NCBI GenBank assembly: GCA_964016885.1
Contig: OZ024742.1
Location: 303,056,001-303,120,000, forward strand
Source: Eledone cirrhosa
Lineage: Eukaryota
Reading direction: 5' to 3'
DNA length: 64,000 nucleotides
Shown here: positions 1-13,414 of the stretch, piece by piece
How positions within the stretch are numbered: the stretch's first letter is position 1
How the letters are laid out: each line of letters opens with the position of its first letter
Notes under the pieces: generated by a model
Told to the model about the DNA's origin: nothing
Seen by the model: only the letters and a program-made list of their open reading frames with translations
The model's database searches: none
Translations under genes and position numbers: made by a program

Positions 1-1000
1 AATATATCAGGCCTTTCAGTCAAAATACCACATTGTCTTCCGACTCGCTGCTACCTAAACTTTCGTTCCCCTCACCATTCTCATTCGGTGCTTCTGCCTC
101 TCTCATTCTCATTATCCTTCAATCTCACACACACACACACTCTCTCTCTCCCCTCTCTCTCTCTCATTCTAGGGTTTCTAACACATTACCTCTCATTCAC
201 GTTAATGTCTTGATTTCATTTCATGTCGAAAATAGTATGATGTTTGACAACGAGAATAAATGATCGCCAGTGCATTAGAACCAATTAGGAATAATTAAGG
301 TCACAGGAGGGTAATTAAGATCAGTTCTTAATGAAATGTAATTATTAAAGATGATACTTTTTTTGATGAGGAAAGAGGTAAAGCAAAATGGTGAGTGATA
401 GACTGGCAACAGTCCTTGTCAATCAAATCTGTGTACCGAATAACATTACTAAAGGAAATAGGAAAAAAATAATGTCGACGCAGAAATGAAACAATAATAT
501 TGACGAGTTAGATGGAATTAATTTATTTTCCGCCTAGAATATTCCAATTTTTATGTAAATCTTCGTAATGGGGGATTTCAAAATAGATTTGCAGCAACAT
601 GAACAGAAATCATAAGAGTAACCTAACGTAATTTTCAAATATCATCAGCATTAATCTAAGTTGTTTTGTCTTATTTTATTTGACGTTGTTGTTGGTTTTG
701 TTATTTTTGTAATGCAACACAATGTAGCTTGTATTTTAAACTGTTTTCTTTCGAGTAGAGAAAGAGGAAAACACTGAAAGACAGTAGAAAATGAAACAGA
801 CAGTTAAGGGGAGAGAGAGAGAAAGAGAAACAATAGAAAAGAGAATGATAGTGTGAGTAATAGAAAGAGAGAGAGAGAGAGAGAGTGAGAGAGAGTGAGA
901 CAGAGAGACAGAGAAAGAAGGAAAAAGAGAGATAAATAGAGAAATAAATAAATAAATAGAGAATGTGAGAGAAAGGAGAGAGAGACGGAGTGGTAGATAG

Positions 1001-1075
<75 letters not shown>

Positions 1076-1544
1076 ATAATGTATTCAAAGTGAAGCCCTA
1101 ATTTTAAACTGCACAATTTCAAAGAAGTAAACAAAATAACATCCAAACACTCGATATCTGTTCAGCCCTAAGTCAGCTATGATTTAACAAAAGTATCGTA
1201 AAAACGGTGTTCCGGCCATGACCATCCTGTCCAACTATCTGGCGGCGAATTCGCAGAATAATTTGAACATGGACAATTTTTCTTGCGGAATATGTTCCGT
1301 TGTTCTGCGCCTGAGTTTAAATGTCATCGGTCATCTTTGCCTGCCATTTTTTCTGGTTCAATGAAATATTTTAAAAGTCCAGTGCGATTGATTGACGAAA
1401 TTATTATAGAATCATATAATATACAATTGTTGACTTGTTGAAATATTTGTGATTTAGCAAAATCAACAACTTTATGAGAAAGAATACTCAATCATTGTTA
1501 CCCTGAAGACACGAGCATGAGAGTGTGGAAGACCACTATCTGGC

Positions 1545-2165
1545 GTGCAGAATGACACCAAGAGTTAGCCGTCTTGTTTTCTCATTGAACAGAAAAGAGA
1601 AAACATTACCCCGGAGTAGAGCATTGGAGACGTATTCAAATAACTATTCCAACTCAAGCGAGTAGACAACTTCACCCCGATAGCAGTAAGTATGAAGCTG
1701 GTACGATGACCAAGAATTGAGGAAGTCTTCAGCTCTACAGGTTCAATGACATTCCTATCGGAAAGTGGCCTTTACATCAACAGCTTGCAAACTTCTGCTT
1801 GTCGGGCCATGAAGCCTGGTTGTGTTGCCAAATGCAGCAGAATATCGCTGGAGAAGGTCTCATTGTATGTTGAAATCCAGATGAGGTGTTTACCACCGTG
1901 GAATGGGAAGATTTTGAGTGCATCTCGACTTCTTCCCTCCCCTAAGTCCAACCCCACAACCTGGAGCTGTGATGGAAAACCGGTTGCATCGAAGCCATAC
2001 TTAATAATTCGGAGTGATATGGTGTGAGAGGCCAGCGGCACTCTGATGGAATGAGAGTCGGTGAAATTCGATAGTGTCCACTGTGGATCGACAGCTGCAT
2101 TTTTGTTGCTCGCATATCCAGAGGCCGAGACTCAGAGAAACACCCAGGTGCAGACAGTGGCATTC
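1545..2165 (-). mobile_element. Degenerate 3' fragment of a CRE-like RLE non-LTR retrotransposon
   Basis: Minus-strand ORF pieces (KCSC...FHRLSF; IIKYGFDATGFPSQLQVVGLDLGEG...FPFHGGKHLIW) align by eye with the better-preserved element at 59604-61155 (VIKHGLDAAGFPSQLERAGLDRGDGKRPDG...FRGGKPLVWD). Boundaries are approximate. Confidence 0.7.
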
Positions 2166-3098
2166 GTTGTAACTTTTTCCGCTTGATTTAACATCACCAC
2201 CTTCACCTTGGATTCTTTCAGTAGCGTTCGTACTGTTGAAATGATTCCAGTAATACTGGTGTATATTTTCACCGTTTTTCAAAAGAAACAAAGGCCCGAA
2301 AAAAATAAAGAAATATGGATGATGGCATTGCCTCCCTGAGCAAATTGGGAAAAAAAGAAAATATTCAATTAGCTCATTTAACGCGTATATTCCTCTTCAA
2401 AACGGAATGGTAAAATTTGATTTTGATGCTATTTCTAGAGGGACTAGATATCACATGTAGTCTTCCATCCTGGTTCCACATTTTGAAGACATTATTTCTA
2501 GATTAAAGGGTGGTGGATTATGATAGTCGTTAGAGGCGTCGGTCAAAATTCTTTACAGCTTTCAGTTACGGTCGATTACGTTCTGATATTAAATACCAAC
2601 AAGAGCAGTACATGGTCGATTTTTCCTCTATATCTCTCACATTTTCTCTTTTACACTCTCAATCTTTCTTTGGAAGAAATCGGCTGTGGTTAGAACTAGC
2701 AAAAATTTTGGTTCGGCCAGATTTAAAGAACCCAAGGAACGACATATTTGATAATAACGGCACCCTTACGTCCCCATCAGAATTACGGATCCATACATAC
2801 GTATCATGTCTGCCAGAGGTAATATGGGGCTAAATCAGTAGCAGCAAAACAGCTATATATAGAGTTATTGTTATTAAGAAGTAGCCAATTATTAGTATTT
2901 ACAATAAAACGGTTAAAATGTTGCGGTTTCTACGTGGTAACAAAACAAATATAACAAAAATTGCTTTGTAGATCAACTTTATAAAAAAAATTACAGTAAG
3001 ATATTTATAGCTGACTTTAGTAAAGATTCTAATCTAAAAGATGAAGATGAATTTGATATGGTAAAAATGGCATTTTAAAGAAGAATGATGAATTATTG

Positions 3099-3166
<68 letters not shown>

Positions 3167-3184
3167 AATATATAAATAAAAATC

Positions 3185-3628
3185 GACAAAGGTTAAAATG
3201 TCCTCTTCAGTAGTCTTCTGATTATCGTTGGTATATCGGCGCATTAAAGACTATATACCTAAAATCAGTGCGAGCGATAACTCAATTAAGTTATCGGGAC
3301 AGTGGTAAAACGGAGGGAAGAAAACAAACACATGGTGGTATGCAACGAAGAGAGGAAAATTAGATTCATTGACTTGTCGCTAATTTTCCACTCTCTTCGT
3401 TGCATACCACCATGTGTTTGTTTTCTTCCCGCCGTTTTCCCACTGTCCCGATAACTTAATTGAGTTATCGCTCGCACTGATTTTAGGTATATAGTCTTTA
3501 ATGCGCCGAAATACCAACGATAAATCAGAAGACTACTGAAGAGGACATTTTAACCTTTGTCTATTTGTATTCATATATTCATGTTCGCAACAACGCAGCA
3601 CCCATTTTTCATTCACATTTTTCATTCA
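3185..3628. repeat. Foldback element with ~180-bp inverted arms, between (TA)n tracts
   Basis: 3185-3363 is the near-perfect reverse complement of 3380-3561, with a 16-nt loop. The tail gcaacaacgcagcacccatttttcattca is shared with the element at 14949-15378. Confidence 0.85.
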
Positions 3629-3862
3629 TATATATATATATATATATATAAGGAAAAAAGGGAGAAAAGCATGTGAGAAAAACCTCCATCTCAACTCTAC
3701 TTTTGAAAAGCAGAAGAACTGCGAAACCGGTAAAGGAACCAAATAAATATATATATTTAAAAAAAAAAAGACTCCAGTTGCATTTTCGATTTTATCTTAT
3801 ACTTTCACTCGTGTAGGACACCTCGGTTATTTTTCATTTTGTAAAAAAAAACTCACTTTCTA

Positions 3863-3893
<31 letters not shown>

Positions 3894-5454
3894 AGTGTGC
3901 GTGTGCGTGTGTGTTTGTGTGTCTATATGTGTGAATGTGTCTTTGAATATATATATATGTATGTGTCTATATATATGTATGTGTCTTTGTATATTTATAT
4001 ATTAGAGTGAAGCTCTAATAAAATTTAAAATATAATTAAAAACAATATATAGATATATTTATGTATGTATGTGTGTAAGTATATGCACATATAAGAACAT
4101 TGTAAAGAATACTGAAAGTAGAATTAATTGGAAGCTACAAACGCACAAAATGTTCATCCGTGTGATTTCTTGTCGCTAAACGGAGGATTCTCAAATATGT
4201 CCCTCTCAAATATTCGACGCGAATAGCTGATTATAGCGAGAATATATTTTTATTTGAAGGCAATGATAACTTCTAAATGTCTTGGTCTGTTGCCGGCAAA
4301 CTTCGAAGTAGATTTTTTTATATTTTTCCACACACACATATATATATATTTATGTACCCATGTGTCCACTATATAGTTTAGTAAGATAATAGCTCCTCCT
4401 TCGTAATTTTGAAAGAACTTTTAATATTGTTATCCAACTATATTCCATTATTCGCTATCATTAAACCAATGTCCATTATTATAATCAAATATTTTGTAAC
4501 TATATCGCGCCCGTATAGCAAATTTCTACCTAATTTACATGTAATTAGCACTTTTCTAGGTAATTAAGATATATGTATATATCTAGAAGTGCTCTAGCAA
4601 ACTATATATACGACAAAGTTATGTTTGCATACATACAGAATGTGTAACAGAAACTGAACCAATGTGTATATAAATATACACATATTTCATATATAAGCAT
4701 GTAAACATGCGAGACAATACGGATTTCCCTGTAAATTACATATATAATATATATATATATATAAATATATATATATATAGTATTACAAACTTGGTATAAA
4801 TATCCAAGACGACGTATGTATGTACAATAAGTTACAACAGTGGCATATGCAGATACTCAAGTTTCGTTAGGTTATTACTCATATAACTCATTCAGTTTGC
4901 TGTATTGTAATGGAGTAATTGCAGGGAGATCCTTGACAGCATAGGGGAGTTCTAATTATTTAAATAATTGAATTATGGTAAATCTTTCATCCGGAAGTAA
5001 GATAACTCTCACAAGAAAAGAGGGGTAATTTGTGTTCACAGAGATAATTCAAGAACTTCGAAAATATTAGTCTCGCCTAGAACATCAAATCAGAAGAAAT
5101 TTTGATTCATAGGTGCATTGAGTGAAAAATTCTAGTCGTGTATTTAGGGAGTGTATTTTAGAGGGCAGATGTGAGAGTATATTCAATTTCCCGCGCTGCA
5201 TAATTGACAATTCCACCGACTTTTCTGGGTTGATGTTTGGTCAGGCAACCTTTCATATTTCTTTAAGAAGTTATTGACCACCTCGATTCCCTGGTGTTTG
5301 CGACACCATCACAGTGACGTCGTCAGTGTTTGCCGACGCAACCGATCCACCTCCCAGTTCGAGATGGCAAGAGAGGGAGAGAAAGAGAGAGAGAAGGAGG
5401 CGGAAAGAGAGATCTACATACACATATACACAACTCTCTATATACATGTTCATC

Positions 5455-5533
<79 letters not shown>

Positions 5534-6021
5534 CCTCTAACACGCACACACACACACATATATATATGCACATATTCATATATATATACATAAGAAAATA
5601 CAACATATGTGTGTGTGAGTGTGTGTTTGTGTGAGTGTTTTGCCAACGCTCTTATTTGATCTCCCGTGAACTGACATTCTTATCTAATCGAAATCTTTTA
5701 CAGTTCATCATTTTCAAGTATAATTATTGTATTTTTAAAAAAAGATTATTACAAAAATGGTTTTTATAACTAAATAGTATCTCAGATTTATTAGTCTAAC
5801 AAATGTTGCCTTGCCTTTTGTACAATAAATTTGGCTTCTGCAATTCCAGACCTAGAAGTGTCAGATCTTTATGATGATAATGTCTCCAATAGATTTTGGT
5901 TTTCATCTGATAATATTTCACATATATATTTTGCAATTTTTATACAACGGACATTGCACTTTACATAGAATTTGAAACAGGAATTGTACGGGTTTGATAC
6001 GATATATGTCTATTATGGATA

Positions 6022-8616
6022 CTAGCAGTAAAACTGCCCTTCTGGCAGTTTTCTATTAGCATATATATAAGCATATAGATATTATACGTAAATTGAAATG
6101 TAAATTGACAATATGCACATAAATTGAACAAAGACTGTGTTACACTTACTTCTGTAACCAGTAAAGTAATCCATGATACATTTTTGAAAAAGCCAATGAT
6201 GAAGTTGGAAAAGCGATGAAATTGTTGACGGAAAATGTTCATGAATCTTCACTTGGAAATGTCGATGGGAAGCTTCAAGCAGTGACTTTGAAAATAGATG
6301 CTGCTGTTGGGAATGAATTAATTATATATACCAATATGAAGAGCTGACCTTCGTTATATTGTTGTTTTACTGTATTCACATATAGACTTCTTAAGTTTTG
6401 TAGTGTCCCTTTTCTAGCAATTAAAAAGAAACTAAAATGCATTTCAATTAAAAGAGAGTGATAGCGGTGTCACATCACTGTAGAATTTCTTAGTAGACAC
6501 AGTTGTCAGCCAACAGACCCCTTTCATTTAATATTTTTATATTTTCTTTTTTTGTAACTTTTGACAAATCAACATACATCTGACCATGTGAAAAGAATTA
6601 TGTTGGTAGATATACACCTATCTTTTTAAATGTCGGCCTTTGTGCCTTGTTGCATGTAAGGGCAAAGGCTGGTTTGCCAGAAAATTGCTTGCGAATAAAG
6701 GTGAAAGGGAACTCAAGCTCTTGAGACACACGCGGTATCTTGGGATTAACAAACTTGTTCCAGAATTGGGACCCAACACCACTTCAGCTTCAATGACATG
6801 ATTATGTAAACTGATGACGAGTGTACCATTGCAATGCCCGTTTAGAGGATCCAGATTTCTCAGAAGCATGATGCAACTACCTTTTTCAGTTTATGTATGT
6901 GTTGGGAAGCATGATGATGTAAGTTTGTTGACGAACTCGATTGGATATTGCAGTTCTTTATCTACCATTATCGGAGTTTAGATTATTTCGTGACCAGGGA
7001 ACTTGTTGAACATGAACTCATTCACCATTCTTACTGCATCATTTGTTGGAGTGATAATGGCTCTATTTGCATGCCATAGTGGGTTTGCGTAGTTTCCTGA
7101 AAGATTTGTATACATAGTCCAGACACATTACCATATTCCAGACAAAGTTCATTTGGCAGAGGAATTATGAATGCACCTAAAGTTGGTACTGTTGGAATGT
7201 TACCATTTCCCACATCAAGAAGGTAATTTGCAAACTGTCTTTCATCAGAATCCTCTGCATCAATTAACCGTTGATTAGTTGTCATCTCCATGGTTTCCAC
7301 ATGGTCCCAGAGATACAAACTCTTGATGATTGCCTGAACTATTTGTAGTGTAGCACCATGACGTATAACTGGAAGAATTTGTTTCCAGTCACCAGATAAT
7401 ACTGTTAGACCACCAAATAGCTTTGTGCAATTTCCAACATCTTTGAAGCTCCTGTCAAGGCATTCGAAGATATGCTCATGTCCCATACTTATCTCATCAA
7501 TGATTAGCAGGTCAGCTTGCTGCATAAGTTTACGTATGGCATTCCTCTTTGTGAAGAAACAAGTTGATTCAGCAGTCATATGGAGAGGAACCTTGCACTG
7601 GAATGAAGAGTTCTAACTTTGTGAAGCAAAGTGGCTGCTATTCCAGATATGGCAGTAGCAAGTGCAATTTTTTTTTATATCAGATGTAATCCAATATGAT
7701 ATTGATGGCATAGATCTTTCCTGTACCTGCACTTGCATTCAAGCAAAACATTCTGCCTCCATTTTCATTTACAGAGGTGATTACTTTATGAAAAATAACC
7801 AGTTGCTAAGGATTCAATGTTGGCAGAAGTTCATTTATATTTGACTGCAGTTGGTATGTATTGAAACCAGTTTCTGCCACACGAACCCTGTTAATTTCTG
7901 GTATAGCAACAATAGTTGGGTCTGGTCGAGGGAGCCCATAGTTGACATGAATGTCCAAGCAATCATGTTGAAGTCTTTGCTGGATATTTTGTAGAACAAT
8001 ATGCACGATTTGCATGGGCATGATATCCGCTAGAAGACAATTCTTCCATTTCTCCCAGAACTGCAGCGGGTCATTTGGCACGCAATACCATAAAATGGTG
8101 CAGAAGATCTCTCTCAGCTAAGGACCAAGCGTAATGGATGAGGCCTCTTCCATAGCTTTGTCTTTTTCTCCATCTTCATCCAACAGACCAAGTTTCCTGC
8201 ATGCTTCTTTGAATTTTGGAAATTCAACTCCTTCAATTGTCCTCAAAACTTTTATGAAGTTGATCCAGCGTTGTGACGTATGATCATGCTGTGATAATAT
8301 AATTCAGATTGATGTCTACTGGGAGACACTGTTGGAATGCGTCCAAGAGATTCACACTCATAAATTGTTGATCACCACCCAGATGTCCCTTTTTTCTTCT
8401 TTGCCTTCTTTTGTTTGTCCAAGTGAAACATTTAGGAATGCCAATATACAATATGTTTTGTGCCAGTGGGTCTCTAATATTCAGTTGAAAATAATCCGTC
8501 AACTTAGTCATTGGCTGTCCCCTAGAAACAACACTTTCTTCCTGTCCTCGCTCATGCACGACCCTCTGTTCTCCAGGTAAATGGCAAGGCAACTTTTTCA
8601 ACTTGCGGTTTCCGAT
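6022..8616 (-). mobile_element. Helitron 3' portion: decayed Rep/PIF1-helicase coding region and 3' terminus
   Basis: Minus-strand motifs include HLPGEQRV, TKLTDYFQLN, FKEACRKLGLL, SGIAATLL, LLIIDEISM, FGGLTVLSGDWKQILPV, LLRNLDPLNGHCNGT and SHGQMYV. The 3' end reads hairpin aaaactgcc-agaag-ggcagtttt, then actgCTAG|t (CTAG at 6022-6025). The element runs into the assembly gap. Confidence 0.88.
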
Positions 8617-8816
8617 NNNNNNNNNNNNNNNNNNNNNNNNNNNNNNNNNNNNNNNNNNNNNNNNNNNNNNNNNNNNNNNNNNNNNNNNNNNNNNNNNNNN
8701 NNNNNNNNNNNNNNNNNNNNNNNNNNNNNNNNNNNNNNNNNNNNNNNNNNNNNNNNNNNNNNNNNNNNNNNNNNNNNNNNNNNNNNNNNNNNNNNNNNNN
8801 NNNNNNNNNNNNNNNN
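8617..8816. other. Assembly gap (200 N)
   Basis: Run of N characters. Confidence 1.
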
Positions 8817-9100
8817 GGTGGATTGGCAGTTTCGGTAGAGGGTCGGATGCCATGCTTTCCAGCATAGTTACGTCCCTTTACGATCTGTGTTCAAATCCCG
8901 CCGAGGTTGACTTTGGCCTTTCATCCTTACGGGGTCGATAAAATAAAGTACCAGTAATGCACTGGGTTATTGCTGGCCTTGTGCCTAAAGTAGAAACAAT
9001 TATTTATTCAAAGTAATTATTTATGGAGTTGAAAAGTACCAGTAATATACTGGGTCTTTGCTGGCCTTGTGCCAAAAGTAGAAACAATTATTTATTCAAA
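8817..9100 (+). mobile_element. tRNA-derived SINE with a duplicated 3' part
   Basis: B-box-like gttcaaatccc, then gccgaggttgactttggcctttcatccttacggggtcgataaaataaagtaccag. Same family as the copies at 15794-16880. Confidence 0.75.
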
Positions 9101-9588
9101 ATAATCCAACTTATTTTACTAACGGGATAAAAAAAAAATGACATTGTCCTGCACTCCTCCCTTTATTACATTATAGATACCATGGTCCTATTTCAAAGAT
9201 CAATTTGTTTGGAATTATTTCCGAAATGTTTAAAAGAGCAAAAAAAAAATGTGTGTGGCAGAATCTACGTTATGAACCCTCAATATGGTGCAAATATCTA
9301 CATATTAGTATGTTCATCCCATTTATGGAGTTGAAAATGTTGGTGGGATCCAGCGGCAGACACACACGGCACGACATAAAAGAGGGATCCTATTTAATTA
9401 GATGATAGCCATGAATGCGAAGCTGCTCTGAACATCAAATTCGGGATATATTCATTTCATATCCATTGCAAATATTTTAAAATCTCTTGATGACTATGGT
9501 AGAAAAGTATCGACTTCAACATCTTAATAATTATGAAAATTTAAGAAGGCATTTCATCACTGATTTGCAAGCATCCTCTCTCCAAAAT

Positions 9589-9745
9589 GGAACTTCCTTT
9601 CATCATCTTACGAGATTATAGCAACTCAGTTGAAGTGGCTTTCACAATGACAGCAAATATATCTCAATGTCAATCATTGAAAGATATATTATTCTTAACT
9701 GACATATTTGGGCATGGATAATTGTATGAATCACTGTCAAGAACT
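9589..9745 (+). pseudogene. Second, highly decayed Helitron/PIF1 helicase C-terminal remnant
   Basis: Translates as ELPFIILR...VAFTMTANISQCQSLKD...IFGHG*LYESLSR, matching the PIF1 motifs AFAMTINKSQGQSL and HGQLYVALSR. Confidence 0.6.
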
Positions 9746-10659
9746 ACACAGATGAGAAGCCATATATATCTTGTAAATATTTCTGTATTGGAAGAGTCGT
9801 AACCACTCATAAACATAGTACAATTACATCACTGCGATATCCGTATTAAATCACTCACTAAAAGATCTAGATTAACAACCAGTCGTATTCTTAGAGGATA
9901 GAAACCATATCAAAGTGGTGAATCATTCTCTTGAAATGCTGACTTAAATACAATTACGAAAAATGTCGCTAATATTTATGTCCACTAAAAACTTGTAGCG
10001 TTAAAATATATTTTGCCAGCTCTAATTTTATTGAATACACTCGTCTTAGTACACTTGTTGTATTTACAAGAAGAAGAAGTTTGGTTGGCTTGCGTTACAA
10101 GCTTTACGCTTATGTCAGACTTCTTCGAAGACCTCTTGGCAAATATCTAGTGCAACTGGCAGTAGAACGGGTGAATTCCCTGTTTTCTGAACCGGAGAGC
10201 TGTAGCGCTGCTGAAAGGTGACCCGAACAAGAGAGAGCACATTAACAAATTTCTGTCCCTAACTTTGCAAAACGCAGAGATGAAGATTGTGGTCTAGGTA
10301 GTAGCGAAAATGCTGATACTTGTTGTTGATGGTGAGGGAAAGATATGCGCCATTCAGAAAATATCTTTCCACGACAATTCCCCGCCACATGCGATACATC
10401 ATAGAGAAGGGGTGTAAATATCATGGAAATTGAGATCGATCGAAAACCTTCGATAACATCGATCAACAATAACAGGCGGCCGTCTTCAGAGCAGCCGGTT
10501 TCTGTCCTGGATTCATTGGTTGGATGCCTGCAATGTGCAGTCTCATCTGCTCGGTGGTCAGAATAAAGGGCAAATATTAGAACCTTCTAGAATCATGCAT
10601 TCTGCTCGTCAAGGTTGTCCTCTAATTTCGTCTCTATTTCCTGATTGAAGATCTACTAC

Positions 10660-12450
10660 TGCATAAACTAGAAACGTTGTTCCTAATTATAATTCCTCTC
10701 GGCAAGTTTACTTTGGCATCATTTTTTAAACCGAAATTTGTATCAATTCCTCTTGCAAATCCTTATAATGTCTTCAGCAGTGATTTTGGCAGTTTATCAT
10801 CTTCAGATTATAGCCTAAGGTCGTCAAGGATTGTTAATTGTAAACCCCATTGCAATTTGCTCCGAACCCAGTCTCGTTTAGCATGACGGTTAGCAACATT
10901 AAGAACGGTGGGAAGAGATGGAGTTCCATTGGAATATCCATCTTCTAAAAGTGATGAGGTTAATTCGTTATAATTTTCCATTTATTCATTGCTAGTTTAA
11001 AGAAACTGCATATTATTACTGCTACCTTAATCGTGGCTATTGTCCTAGAATGCACTGTCAAAAATATCCCCGTAGTTAATCTATGTCCTGTTCAAAGCAT
11101 TCATTCTTCTCGAATCTTCAGTTTGGTATTTGTTTACAGTCATATAAGCTCTTGCATTATCTCATCTGTTCTACTGGGTATTGCTTTTTTTTTTTTTTTT
11201 ACCTCAAATGTGTATCTGCCTTCTACACTATTATTGCAGAAACGTTAGGTACGCTGTACAGTTCACTGTCCCTTTAGCCATAGAGAGTAAGTTTTCTTTT
11301 CCTTCAGTGAAGCAGATATGTATTTGTTCCGGCTTATTCATTACCTTCTTTCTAATCTTTGCTGGGGCCTCATGTGTACCTGTTAAATAGTTCAACCTGG
11401 GCATTAGGTTGTTATCATTAACTGCTGCCTTCCATTTGTTTGCTTCTGTCTAACATCTATCGTATTTCTTTTGGTGTTATTTTCTACATACAACGAATGT
11501 TCAGATAGTATCGTCGTTGTTTTTATGAATCTAATTTGTGTTTATTCTTTCACATTTCATTAGCCTCTTCAGAATTATTCTACTGCCCTTGCCATTAGTG
11601 CTGAATTAATTTCTATCTTATTTACTATCTAGTGGATGAGTTGAGCTATTTGTTTTATTCAAATTTCGTTTTTGACCTCTGTTTTTATTCATTTTTTTCA
11701 CTATTGATCTCATAAAAAATTAAAATAAACTTTCTATTATTTTCTGTTTCAGCATATTAGTTATCCATTTTGTTTGCTTATGTTTAGCATTTATATCAGA
11801 TTAGACCTGAGGAAGTGCCAACCTCCCTTTGTAGCCACTGTTGCTTTTCCAGATATTATTTCGAATAATATAACTATATTAGTGTTCTTATAAATTTTCG
11901 TTCGGTATTCGATGACCAGGTTTTGATATTCATCGTTATTCTTTGAAGAATAAATCTATTGATTTTAATTCTTTTAAATTACTGTCATATTTATAATTTC
12001 TAAGTTAAACACTAAGGAGTGTTTAATCTGAAATCTTACTAAAATCTTCAGTTATTCATATTTTTCTTTGTGCTGTTCTGGTGCAGTTTTTTTGTTGGTC
12101 TGGTTTTGTTGGTCAGTATTAAATAGCTGTTCTTGGGTTTTGTTTTGTTGATTAGTTATTCTTTTGTACTTTTAGGTCTCCCGCCGTTGTTTACGTTTCT
12201 GTTATTTATATAGTGCTCTCGTTGTGTATACCTTCTTTTAAGTACTTTATTTAAATTTCCGATATGTTCTGTGTTGATTTTGAGAAATTTTCTTCACAAA
12301 TTATCTAGTTGTTGTTTTTTTACATTTAAGTTATTTTTAGGTTAGTGATATTTTCGTCCCAAACGCTTTGGAGAATATTGTCGTAGTTTTCTATTTTCGG
12401 TAAAACATGATTGGAAATATAGAAAGCAATTCAACACGTGTCCATTAATT
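10660..12450 (-). mobile_element. Probable highly decayed non-LTR retrotransposon (R4/Dong-like RT remnant)
   Basis: The minus strand gives IDTNFGLKNDAKVNLPRG near 10700-10750, resembling the R4-clade DI.M.FGL.KCA...L.RG motif. An N/K-rich segment lies upstream. Many stops; boundaries uncertain. Confidence 0.35.
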
Positions 12451-13144
12451 AATTTTCTGTTTTATTTGTGAAAATTGTGGTGAATGTAATACTGATCCTG
12501 TATTTAAATTCTCAATATAGTCGGTTACCTATGTAGTTGTTACTTACATATCATTAATCAAGGTATACAGATACATTCACTGTTAAACATTGGTCTGAAT
12601 CCTATCGTTTTTCAATTGTGTTATTTTTAATTTTTCTCTGGAGAGGCTGCAGGTGTTTTATAGGAATTATTGTATATTTTGAAGCAACTAAGTAGTGATC
12701 TCTCACATTTCATTTTCTTTAGTTTACTCTACGCTAGTAGTAATTGCAGCAATAAGCGAATGATGGGCACTAATAGAAATATTAAAAATACTATCTTACT
12801 AGAAGCATACATTATTATTGTACGTTCTGCTTGATAAAATTGTCAAATATCCGCTATATCTCACACAGACTTATTAAATATTTGGTATCATGCGCGACGG
12901 AAACATACAATTGGAATTGTATTGCACCCCAAATATGTATAGAAGGATTGAAAGAAAATATCTAAAACGTAAAAGGTCTTTCTTATGTATGATTTATTCT
13001 TTCTCTTATCCGAGAATTACATTCTTCTCACATAAATGACAATGTAACAATCTGTCTACAAGATATCCAGATTTTTACAGAGTACCAACATTAATTTATT
13101 GGATCCGTGTAAATATGTATATATATAATTATATATATATATAT

Positions 13145-13230
13145 GAAAATCTTTAACCCCGACGGCAGAGCTCAAGCCGTTTCGACGGCTATTAACGGTT
13201 TGATCTCTGCCGTCGGGGTTAAACATTTTC
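13145..13230. repeat. Short hairpin/palindrome (~37-bp arms) next to (TA)n
   Basis: gaaaatctttaaccccgacggcagagctcaagccgtt ... aacggtttgatctctgccgtcggggttaaacattttc. Confidence 0.85.
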
Positions 13231-13311
13231 CTATTACCCACTCTACTACCCTAAGTATTGAGTACTCTGGTGCGTTATGGTCCATCTGGTTCCTTACCAC
13301 ACTTCCTTCGT

Positions 13312-13414
<103 letters not shown>

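Noticed and set aside
736-1146. ORFs rich in YI, CV, HT or LS repeats (also at ~5.3, 13.2, 49, 52.5 and 57 kb)
   Set aside because: They are translations of (TA)n, (CA)n and (GA)n microsatellites, not genes.
3500-3561. Hammerhead ribozyme in the foldback elements (CTGAAGA here, CTGATGA at ~15295)
   Set aside because: I could not build consistent stems with a correctly placed GAAA in both relatives.
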